A stretch of DNA of 64,000 nt, from contig CAWKMU010000003.1 in the NCBI GenBank assembly GCA_963850905.1, positions 2,144,001-2,208,000 of the forward strand. The letters run 5' to 3'. The notes under the pieces were generated by a model that was not told the DNA's origin, ran no database searches, and saw nothing but the letters and a program-made list of their open reading frames with translations. Below, one piece after another: positions 48,794 to 57,974 of this stretch. How positions within the stretch are numbered: the stretch's first letter is position 1; each line of letters begins with the position of its first letter. Position numbers and translations under genes: made by a program. This DNA is from an uncultured Gemmatimonadales bacterium (GTDB lineage: Bacteria > Gemmatimonadota > Gemmatimonadetes > Gemmatimonadales > Gemmatimonadaceae).

Positions 48794-48808
48794 AACAGGA
48801 TAGTTATG
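48791..48808. promoter_or_regulatory. Putative LysR binding inverted repeat in an AT-rich divergent promoter
   Basis: CATAAC-aggata-GTTATG overlapping the LysR start codon. Confidence 0.55.
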
Positions 48809-48950
48809 GGGAGATATCCACATCTGCTATTGGTGTAATATCTGCGATGAGTATAACATTGTGAAGCTACGTCGCGCACCTGGCCGCGAGGGCTATGGTG
48901 CCGATCGGGCCGCCCCGCTCGGGGCCTCGCTCATGTGAGTGTCGCCGCCC

Positions 48951-51900
48951 ATGTGGATCGTTCGTCTCGCTCTGCGTCAGCCGTACACGGTCGCCGTCAT
49001 GTCGCTCGTGATCCTGCTCATGGGCTGGCTCGCCATGCGCAGGATGCCGGTCGACATCTTCCCGGTCATCGACATTCCCGTCGTCGCGGTCGTCTGGAAC
49101 TACAACGGCTTCTCGGCGCAGGACATGGAGAGCCGCATTGTGCTCCTCAGCGAGCGCAACCTGTCGGCGACCGTCAACGGCATCTCCCGGATCGAATCCG
49201 AGTCGATCCCCGGTGTCGGGCTTGATCAAGGTCTTCTTCCAGCCGGGCGTCGACATCGGGAACGCGATCGCGCAGATCACCTCGTCCTCTCAGACCGCGT
49301 TGCGCGCCATGCCGCCCGGGGTCACGCCGCCCTACGTCGTCCAGTCCAACGCGTCCAGCGTACCAGTGGCTCAGCTGACGCTGACGTCGCAGACCATGCC
49401 CGAGCAGAACATCTCCGACTACGGGCAGAACTTCATCCGTCTCCAGCTCTTCACCATCCCGGGGCTCGCGACGCCGTCTCCATACGGCGGCAAGCTGCGC
49501 GAGATCACCGTCGATGTGGACCCCAAGGCGCTGGCGGGCAAGGGATTGTCGGCCGAGGATGTGCTCAGCGCGCTCCTGTCGTCCAACCTGCTGATCCCTG
49601 CCGGCACGGCGCGCATCGGCGATCGTGACTACAACGTGGCGATGAACTCGAGCCCATCGAATGTCGCCGATTTCAACAACATCCCGGTCAAGGTGGTCAA
49701 CGGTGCGCCGGTGCTGATCGGCGACGTGGCGACCGTGCGCGATGGATTCGCCGAGCAGGAGAACATCGTCCGGATCGACGGGCGACGGGCGGCGTACTTG
49801 ACGATTCTCAAGAAGGCCGATGCCTCGACGCTGGCGGTCGTCGATGCCGCCAAGGCGATGCTGCCACGCATCCGCGCGGTCGCCCCCGCAGGGGCTCAGG
49901 TGCGGCTCGACTTCGATCAATCGGTCTTCGTGCGTGCCGCCGTTTCGAGTGTCGTGCGCGAGGCGATCATCGCCGCGGTCCTCGTCTCGCTCATGATCCT
50001 GGTCTTCGTCGGGAGCTGGCGAAGCGTACTCATCGCCGTGACGTCGATCCCGCTCTCGATCGCCATGGCGGTCATCGTGCTCCACGCCACCGCCAACGGC
50101 TTCAACGTCATGACCCTCGGTGGGCTGTCGCTGTCGATCGGATTGCTCGTCGACAACGCGATCGTCACCGTCGAGAACGTGCACCGCAACCTGAGTCTCG
50201 GGAAACCGCTGACGGTCGCGATTCTCGATGCCGCGGCCCAGATCTCGACTCCGCTCATCGTCGCGACGCTCGCGATCTGTATTGTTTTCTTCCCCGTCGT
50301 GCTGCTCGTGGGACCCGCGCGATTCCTGTTCATCCCGATGGCGATCGCGGTCGTAAGCGCCGTCGCCGCGTCCTGGCTGCTGTCGCGAACCCTCGTCAAG
50401 ACACTCTCGCGTATGTTGCTCGGCGCCGAGGTGCACCATCAGACCGTCCCTGACGTGCAAAAGGGTGATGTCACGTCTGCTGGCATGCAGCCGCCCGCCC
50501 TCCTCCACAGCGAACCCGCCCCCCGCCGCGAGGGCGCAATCGCGCGCGCAGGGCGGCGATTCAACGAGGTGCGCGACCGGTGGTTCGCGCAATTCCAGGA
50601 GGCCTACGGCCGGTTCGTGGAGCTCCTCATCGTGCACCGCAGCTACGTGCTGACGGTCGTGGGGCTGCTTCATCGTCGCCACGCTGCTGCTCCCGAGCAT
50701 TACCGGGACGGACTTCTTCCCGTCGACCGACGCCGGGATGATGAAGATCCATTTCCGTGCACCATCGGGGACCCGTATCGAGCAGACGGAGCAGCTTCGT
50801 TGCGCGGGCCGAGCAGGTCATTCGCGGCATCGTGCCGCCGGCGGAGCTGCAAACGATCAACTCGACAATCGGGCGTCCCGCAGCCTCTCAACATGGCGTT
50901 CGTCCCGACTGATAACGTGAGTGAGATGGACGCCGAGATCCTCGTTGCGCTGAATCCGGGTCACGCGCCGACCGAGGGGTACGTCGATCGGATCCGGAAT
51001 GCGCTGCAGACGGGATTTCCGGGATCGGCGGTCTACTTCCAAACAGCCGACATCGTCGGGCAGGTGCTCAACTTCGGACTGTCGGCACCGATCGACGTGC
51101 AGATCATGGACCAAAATCTGGATCAGGCGTACGCGACGGCGCGGACGCTGCGCGATGCGATCAGCGAGGTGCCCGGGGCAACCGACGTGTCACGATCAAG
51201 CAGACTCTCGATTATCCGACGCTGTTCGTGAACGTCGACCGGGAGCGCGCCGCGCAGCTCGGCCTCAGCCAGCGTGACGTAGCGAACAGCATGCTGGTGT
51301 CGCTCTCCTCGAGCGCCGTCGTCAACCCCGACCTACTACATCAATCCCGAAAACCACGTCAACTATCTCGTCGCCGTCGAGGTTCCATTGCCACAGATGA
51401 CGTCGACGCGCGACCTGATGAACACGCCGGTGTCCCGCTTCGGGCTGTCGCTCGACCAGCACGTTATGCCTGCGCGCCGCACGACCGATCCGGTGCCGCA
51501 CGCACCGGTTCAGACGCTGGACAATGTCGCTCAAGTCACGCCGACGGCGGTTCCGGACGTCATCAACCACTACACGGTGGCGCGGGTGCTGGACGTGACG
51601 GCGAGCGTGACGGGTCGCGACCTGGGGTCTGTGGTTGCCGGGATCGATCAAAGGATTGCAGCGCTCGGTAAACTCCCAACCGGGATGTACATCACCGTTC
51701 GGGGACAGGGCGAAGTCATGGACGAGGCGTTCTCGAGTCTTGGCCTCGGGTTCGTCGTGGCCATTCTCCTCGTGTACTTCCTGATGGTCGTCCTGTTTCA
51801 ATCCTGGATCGATCCGCTGATCATCATGGCGGCAATCCCCGGCGCCATCGTCGGCATTTTGTGGATCCTCGTGCTGACGCACACGACGATCAACGTCGTC

Positions 51901-52293
51901 TCGCTCATGGGATCGATCATGGCCGTGGGGATCGGCGTATCCAACTCGATCTTGGTCGTGACATTCGCCCATGATATTCGCGTCGAGCGCCGGATGTCCG
52001 CGGCCGCTGCGGCCGTGGAGGCTGGCAAGACGCGACTCCGACCGGTGTTGATGACGGCACTGGCGATGATCCTCGGGATGGTCCCGACCGCGATCGGACT
52101 GGGTGAAGGCAGCAGTCAGAACGCCCCACTCGGTATAGCCGTGATCGGTGGCTTGTTCATGGCGACCCTCTTCACACTCTGCTTTGTCCCGGTGGTGTAT
52201 TCACTCGTACGGCGTCCCGTTCCGGAGCGATTCTCGCTCGAGGAACGTTTCAAGGCCGAAGAGCAAGGGTTGACCTATGATGAGGGTTACTGA
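48951..52293 (+). CDS. RND efflux permease, AcrB/CzcA superfamily (about 6 apparent frameshifts)
   Basis: MWIVRLALRQPYT, PVDIFPVIDIP, NVMTLGGLSLSIGLLVDNAIVTVENVHR, RLRPVLMTALAMILGMVP, APLGIAVIGGL. Frame changes near 49220, 50670, 50797, 50872, 51190, 51330. Confidence 0.9.
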
Positions 52294-53496
52294 ATGACAT
52301 CCACCCGATCCTCGTCGCCGTCACCCCGAGGCGGCCCGCAGGAGCCGTCGTGGACGCCGAGCTACAGGCCGAGCAGCCGAGCGCGCTCCCTGCTCTATAT
52401 CGGTGGCGCGATCGTCCTGGTCGCCGCGATCGTGACCGTCATCGCGCTCTCGGCATTCAAACGCACATCGGTGGCCCAAGAGCGTCGTGATCGGATCGCG
52501 TCTGTGACGAAAGGGCCCGTTGTGCAGGTCGTCCCGGTCGAGCTGTCGCCGGGCGCGCGTGTCATCTCGTTGACGGGTGAGACGCGGCCATTTCTGTCGG
52601 TTGCGCTCTACGCCAAGGTGAGTGGGTATCTCAAGGAGGTCAGAGTCGACAAGGGAGACCGCGTCACGCGCGGTGAGGTCCTGGCTGTGGTCGAATCGCC
52701 GGAGACGGACCAGGAGGTCGAAGGCGCGATCGCCGATGCGAAAAACAAACGCACCATCGCGGACCGGGATACCGCGTTGATTGCGCAGAAGCTCATCGCC
52801 CCCGAAGAGGCGGAGCAGGCGGAGACCAACGCGCAGGTCGCCGCTTCTACCGCGGATCGATTGAGGGCTCTCAAAGACTACGAGTTGATCCACGCGCCCT
52901 TCAATGGGACGGTGACTGCTCGTTATGCGGATCCGGGGGCCCTGGTCCAGAACGCTGCCGGTTCGCAAACGAGCGCACTCCCGGTGGTGGAGGTTGGCAC
53001 GACGGACAGCTTGCGCATCTTCGTCTACCTGGCGCAGCGGGATGCGGCAGACATCCGGCGCGGGCAACCCGTCACAATAACAGATCCCAGTCGCCCAGGC
53101 GTGCATGTCATCGGCGCCGTGACGCGCTACACTGGCGAACTCGATCCGAATACGCGCACCCTGCTTGCCGAGATCGACCTCAGCAATCGCCATGGCAGCA
53201 TCGTTCCGGGAAGCTTCGTACAGGTATCGCTCGCAGTCGCGGGGCCGCGCTACCTCGAGATCCCGGCCGAAGCACTGATCGTACGGGGAACCAAAGACTT
53301 CGTCGCCGTTGTGTCCTCTGACAACCGCGTGACGTTCCGGGAAGTCCACATCCTCGACACCGACGGCGTGACCGTGCGCTTGGTCAGCGGTGTTCAGGAA
53401 GGCGAGCGAGTGGCGTTGAACCTCGGCGACAGCGTGCCCGAGGGCCAACACGTCCAGCCCTTTGGTGACAGCGCGGCCGCACGCAGCGTGTCATGA
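52294..53496 (+). CDS. RND periplasmic adaptor (MFP)
   Basis: YAKVSGYLKEVRVDKGDRV, IHAPFNGTVTAR, LDPNTRTLLAE, PGSFV. Confidence 0.92.
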   Translation: MTSTRSSSPSPRGGPQEPSWTPSYRPSSRARSLLYIGGAIVLVAAIVTVIALSAFKRTSVAQERRDRIASVTKGPVVQVVPVELSPGARVISLTGETRPFLSVALYAKVSGYLKEVRVDKGDRVTRGEVLAVVESPETDQEVEGAIADAKNKRTIADRDTALIAQKLIAPEEAEQAETNAQVAASTADRLRALKDYELIHAPFNGTVTARYADPGALVQNAAGSQTSALPVVEVGTTDSLRIFVYLAQRDAADIRRGQPVTITDPSRPGVHVIGAVTRYTGELDPNTRTLLAEIDLSNRHGSIVPGSFVQVSLAVAGPRYLEIPAEALIVRGTKDFVAVVSSDNRVTFREVHILDTDGVTVRLVSGVQEGERVALNLGDSVPEGQHVQPFGDSAAARSVS

Positions 53497-55010
53497 CATC
53501 GCGTGATGCGCGCTACGCGCGTTGGCGAGCACGCGGTCGGGTACTCGCGACGCTCGGCGCGACCATCGCCACGATCGCCGCCCCGTGCATCTCGAGTGCG
53601 CAGCAACCAGGGCTGACGCGAGACACGACCCGGGCCGGTCTCCCGGTCGCGATCCCGTTGCCGGTCACGCCACGACCGGCAACGGCCATGAGCACGCCGC
53701 CCCCGACGGTTCTGACCCTCGACACCGCGGTGGCCCTCGCCCTCGCGATCGGTACACCGGTGCAGCAGGCACGGTTGGCGAGCGCCAATGCGCGCACAGA
53801 GGCTACCCGGAGCTATTCCGGCATCCTGCCCTCGATCGTGGGCACCGGTGCTCGCACGCTCACGAACGGCAATCCACTAGTTGGATCCCGCGCAACCGCG
53901 CCGTGGAACACGCAGTTCGAGGTCATGGGGTACTCGCTCCAGACCTCGCTCAATCTTCTCGGCGCGGTCAGCGCCTACCCAGGCATCCGATCGGCAGACT
54001 ATACCCGTCAGACGTATGACCTGTCGCTGGAGCGGACGCGCCAGTCCGTGGCACTCGACGTCTCGCAGGCATTTTTGCAGACAGTTCTCGACAGCCAACT
54101 CGTCGTCATAGCGGCGCAGAATTATGCGCTATCGCAGGAACAGGTGGTCCAGCTGCAAGGCCTCGTACGTGTTGGCAAGCGTCCACCAGCCGACATGTAT
54201 CAAGCGCAGGCACAAGCCAGCGCGAACCAATCGCTGTACCTCGACGCCATCAACCGCCAGCGAGTCGATGAGATCGGGCTGTTGCAGCGAGTGCACATCG
54301 ATCCGCAGCAAACCGTCGCGATCGCGACTCCGGCATTGGACACGAGCCTGCTGAGCGCCCAGTACCTGGACACCACGCGAGTCGCCACCGCGGCGCTTGA
54401 CCGCCGTCCGGACCTGCAGTCGGCTCAAACGGGGGTGGATGCCGCCCGGTGGGGCATTCGTCGCGCGTCGAGCGAGAATATGCCCTCGTTGTCAGTGGGG
54501 TTCACCCTCTTTTCGACCGGCCGAGTCTTCGACTACGCGTATCAAGACGGTGTCCCACAGGTCACGACGCCGCAATCACCGCTCGGCACGCAGATCGGCA
54601 GCCAGGCGACGCGCATTTTCTCTATTGGCCTGGGCTACAACCTGTTCGACCTGTGGAGGTCGAATCTCGACCGTCAGGAGGCGCAAGCCGCGTATGGGCT
54701 GGCGCAGGTAGCTGAAGGTGATGTGAAGCGCGCGGTAACCGGCGATGTGGCACGCGCCATCGGCGAGTACAGCGTGTCGGTGCAACGCATGGCGTCGACC
54801 GCCTCGGGCCTCACCGCCGCGCAAGCGGCGTTTGACCTGGTCAGGGGCCGATACAACGTCGGATTTGCGTCGATTGTGGATTTGCTCACGGCGCAGGCCG
54901 CCCTCGCGCAAGCGCAAAGCTTGCGCGCGCAGGCCATCGTCCAGATGTCGTTGGCGAAACGGGCGGTTGCCTACGCAATGGGATTCCAGCCCACCGATCG
55001 CCTACCGTAG
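53493..55010 (+). CDS. TolC family outer membrane efflux protein
   Basis: LTLDTAVALAL, ALDRRPDL, RYNVGFASIVDLLTAQ; ATGA overlap with the MFP gene. Confidence 0.88.
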   Translation: MTSRDARYARWRARGRVLATLGATIATIAAPCISSAQQPGLTRDTTRAGLPVAIPLPVTPRPATAMSTPPPTVLTLDTAVALALAIGTPVQQARLASANARTEATRSYSGILPSIVGTGARTLTNGNPLVGSRATAPWNTQFEVMGYSLQTSLNLLGAVSAYPGIRSADYTRQTYDLSLERTRQSVALDVSQAFLQTVLDSQLVVIAAQNYALSQEQVVQLQGLVRVGKRPPADMYQAQAQASANQSLYLDAINRQRVDEIGLLQRVHIDPQQTVAIATPALDTSLLSAQYLDTTRVATAALDRRPDLQSAQTGVDAARWGIRRASSENMPSLSVGFTLFSTGRVFDYAYQDGVPQVTTPQSPLGTQIGSQATRIFSIGLGYNLFDLWRSNLDRQEAQAAYGLAQVAEGDVKRAVTGDVARAIGEYSVSVQRMASTASGLTAAQAAFDLVRGRYNVGFASIVDLLTAQAALAQAQSLRAQAIVQMSLAKRAVAYAMGFQPTDRLP

Positions 55011-55033
55011 CGTCTCTTCGCTGGAGGCTGGAA

Positions 55034-55901
55034 TTGATCGCCGCTCCTTTGCTCGGTACGCCGCACAGTCTGGCGGCCTTCGCGCTCCTCGTCGGCCTCG
55101 TTTCAATGGTCGCGGGTCTGCTGGGCGCCCTGACCGGTCTCGGCGGGGGAGTCGTGATCGTCCCCGTCCTGACGATCGGTTTTGGCGTCAACATCCGCTA
55201 CGCAATGGGAGCATCGCTCGTCTCGGTGATCGCCACGTCGTCCGGCGCGGCGGCCAGCTACGTGCGAGAGGGTTTCTCGAACATACGTATCGGCATCTTC
55301 CTGGAGGTCGCCACGACCCTGGGCGCACTCACCGGCGCGTTCCTGACCGGACTCGTTCCGGCTGATCTCATCGCGATCGTCTTCGGTCTCGTCTTGCTCG
55401 GCTCCGCGTACGTGTCTTCGCATATCACGACTGATATCGTCGGATCGGCGCCGCCCGACCCGCTCGCGGCCCGTTTTCATCTCGAGGGGACCTATCCCAC
55501 GCCGACTGGCTTGCGACACTATGTAGCTCGGGGCGTGCGCACGGGATTCGGCCTCATGCTCGGCGCCGGTGCGCTCTCGGGCTTGCTCGGCATCGGGTCG
55601 GGAGCCGTCAAGGTCTTGGCGATGGACTACGCCATGCGCCTGCCGTTCAAGGTCTCCACGACCACCAGCAACTTCATGATCGGCGTCACGGCTGCAGCCA
55701 GTGCCGGCGTCTACCTGCACAGAGGCTACATCGATCCCACGGTGACGATGCCGGTGATGCTGGGCATTCTCGCGGGCGCGACCCTGGGGACGCGTGTGCT
55801 CCTCGTCGCCGGGGTTGGCGCGCTCCGTCGGCTCTTTACTGGAGTGATTGTCTTGCTCGGCATCGAGAATGCTCTACAAGGGGCTGACCCATGGCTTCTG
55901 A
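55034..55901 (+). CDS. TSUP (TauE/SafE) family sulfite/organosulfur exporter (frameshift near 55868)
   Basis: GALTGLGGGVVIVP, SLVSVIATSSG, SGLLGIGSG, KVSTTTSNFMIGVTA. Removing one A at about 55868 gives the family-typical end GIEMLYKGLTHGF*. Confidence 0.9.
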
Positions 55902-56322
55902 TGTCTCCCCATCCGGCGATCCCGCGTCCGCGCCGTCACCCGGGCGAGGCCACGCGATCGAGACGGATGATCCGCTCGCGCGTGCAGTCGGCGTCGTGCT
56001 CCAGGTCGGCGTCGCCGCGGCTGCCGTCATCACGGCTATTGGTGGCCTGCTCCTGCTTCGTGCTCATGGCGCGGACGTCCCGCAGTTCGCGCGGTTCGTG
56101 GGTCCCACGCCGTCGTCCACAGTCATGGGCGCGCTGCGCGGGGCGGCGCACGGCGACAGCGCATCGCTGATCCAAACCGGGTTGCTCGTACTGATCGCGA
56201 CTCCGGTTGCACGAGTCGTGATGCTCCTCATCGGTTTCATTCGCGAGCGCCGCTGGCTCTATGTCGCGCTGTCGACCATCGTGCTGGGTGCGCTGGCGGT
56301 GAGCGTACTCCAGTTGGGGTAG
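55891..56322 (+). CDS. DUF1634 membrane protein (TSUP partner)
   Basis: LIQTGLLVLIATPVARV..FIRERRWLYV; usual position after TSUP. Confidence 0.88.
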   Translation: MASDVSPSGDPASAPSPGRGHAIETDDPLARAVGVVLQVGVAAAAVITAIGGLLLLRAHGADVPQFARFVGPTPSSTVMGALRGAAHGDSASLIQTGLLVLIATPVARVVMLLIGFIRERRWLYVALSTIVLGALAVSVLQLG

Positions 56323-56330
56323 CGATCGCC

Positions 56331-56359
56331 GGACGTCAGACGTTGGACGTTGGACGTTG
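56331..56359. repeat. Heptamer tandem repeat RGACGTY x4
   Basis: ggacgtc agacgtt ggacgtt ggacgtt g, spanning the DUF72 stop codon. Confidence 0.8.
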
Positions 56360-57052
56360 CGCATGCAGAAACGCGCCCACGGCAGTCGGCCCCGATCCCG
56401 CGGTGTGATCGTGCTTGAAGAAGACGTAGGCATCGTGCCACGGCTGCGCGGCGATTCGGCCCGCCCAATCGGCCAGCGCCGGCGCGTCGTAGTCGAAGCG
56501 ATGTAGCCGCAAGTAGCCCCATGACGCGGTCGCCAAGAGCGGGGCGTGAAAGTCCTCCTGCTCCGAAACGCACAGCGCGATGTCGTGCGCCCGCAACACG
56601 GTGATCACGTCCTCATCGAACCAGCTCGGGTGGCGAAACTCGATGGTGAAGCGACGCCCGCTGGGCAGGAGCGGCAGAAACGACTGGAGGCGTCCGATGT
56701 CCTTCTTGAGATTGGGAGGAAGCTGAAAGAGAATCGGTCCGAGCTTGCTGCCGAGCAGCGCGGTGGCGCGAATCAGGTAGTCGACCAGTTCTGCCGATTC
56801 CGGCTTGAGCCGCGCATGGTGGGTAATGCGCTGGCTCGCCTTGATGGCAAATGTGAAACCGTCGGGTACTTGCGAGGCCCACCCGGCGAGCACGCTCTCT
56901 CGAGGCAGGCGATAGAAGGTGTTGTTGATCTCGACCGTCGGAAACCGGCTCGCGTAGTAACCCAGCATGTCACTGTCCGCGAGGTCATCGGGATAGAACG
57001 GGCCTTTCCACTCCTTGAACGCATACCCGCTCGTTCCCACGAGCACGTTCAC
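56336..57052 (-). CDS. DUF72 (YecE/UPF0759) family protein
   Basis: VGTSGY..WKGPFYP, VEINNTFY, ITHHARL, LFQLPP, EFRHPSW, YLRLH, YVFFKH. Confidence 0.92.
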   Translation of the reverse strand: MNVLVGTSGYAFKEWKGPFYPDDLADSDMLGYYASRFPTVEINNTFYRLPRESVLAGWASQVPDGFTFAIKASQRITHHARLKPESAELVDYLIRATALLGSKLGPILFQLPPNLKKDIGRLQSFLPLLPSGRRFTIEFRHPSWFDEDVITVLRAHDIALCVSEQEDFHAPLLATASWGYLRLHRFDYDAPALADWAGRIAAQPWHDAYVFFKHDHTAGSGPTAVGAFLHAQRPTSNV

Positions 57053-57858
57053 GAGACTTTCCGCGCCGTCCCGCCGGTCTCCGGCTGCTCACGAGCCAGG
57101 CTCGCTTTCAGCGCCTCCATCAGGTCGAGAATCTTGCCACCGCCCTCGGGTGTCACGTCAGCCGTGATGGCCTGGCCGTCGATCTTGCCCTGAATGGCCT
57201 CGAGCACGCGGTCACGAACGGTGTCGTGATACTTTTCCGGCTCAAAGGTCTCGCTTGCCGACTGCTCGATGAGTTGTTTGGCGAGAGCGAGCTCGGTGGG
57301 CTTTACGTCGCCAGCGCCCAGCGGCACGTCGCTGGGTGACCGCACCTCGTCCGAATAGTGCAACTGCTCCATCACCAGCACGCCGTCGCGCGGCCGAAGC
57401 AGGACGAGATGTTGTTGACCCCGGGCGGCGTATTGGCCAAGCGCAGCCCGCCCCGTTTCCTTCAGCGCTTCCGCAAGGAGCCGGTAGGCACGATCTCCGC
57501 CTTTGTCAGGACCCAGATAGTACACTTTTTCGAGATATTCCCGGTCGACCTGTGCGAGGGGCACGAACTCCACGACATCGATGGTGCCTGTGGCCTTCTC
57601 CTCGAGAGCCTTGAGGTCCTCTGCTGTGAACGTCACGTATTGGTCCTTCGCGAACTCGTACCCCTTGATCGTTTCGTCCCGCCCGACCACTTCGCTGTCC
57701 TTCGGGCAGATGTATTGTTGCTTGAGACGCGTGCCACATTTCTTGTGAAGCATGTTGAAGGACACGCCGGACTTGGACTCGGCCGAGGAATACAGGTTGA
57801 CCGGAACCGAAACGAGCCCGAAGGAAATGGTGGCGGTGCCGATGGATCGAGCGGGCAT
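57049..57858 (-). CDS. ku: Non-homologous end joining protein Ku
   Basis: ISFGLVSVPVNLYS, KGYEFAKDQYV, YYLGP..AYRLL, DLMEALKASL. Confidence 0.95.
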   Translation of the reverse strand: MPARSIGTATISFGLVSVPVNLYSSAESKSGVSFNMLHKKCGTRLKQQYICPKDSEVVGRDETIKGYEFAKDQYVTFTAEDLKALEEKATGTIDVVEFVPLAQVDREYLEKVYYLGPDKGGDRAYRLLAEALKETGRAALGQYAARGQQHLVLLRPRDGVLVMEQLHYSDEVRSPSDVPLGAGDVKPTELALAKQLIEQSASETFEPEKYHDTVRDRVLEAIQGKIDGQAITADVTPEGGGKILDLMEALKASLAREQPETGGTARKVS

Positions 57859-57974
57859 TGGCAGTCGGGTGGAGGTTCGCAGGTAGACAGCGAGTCGACA
57901 CGCAGCCCGGGGTTTGCAGACTCTGCCGAAGCCCGAGCCTACGGCGAAGAAATGTAGCCTGATACGAGAGGCCG

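Noticed and set aside
3375..55901. Programmed ribosomal frameshifting in the split genes
   Set aside because: No slippery heptamers at the junctions, and these families are not known to be recoded; sequencing error is simpler.
55902..56170. Extended TSUP C-terminus or TSUP-DUF1634 fusion
   Set aside because: Explained by one extra A near 55868; the extension is out of frame with DUF1634.
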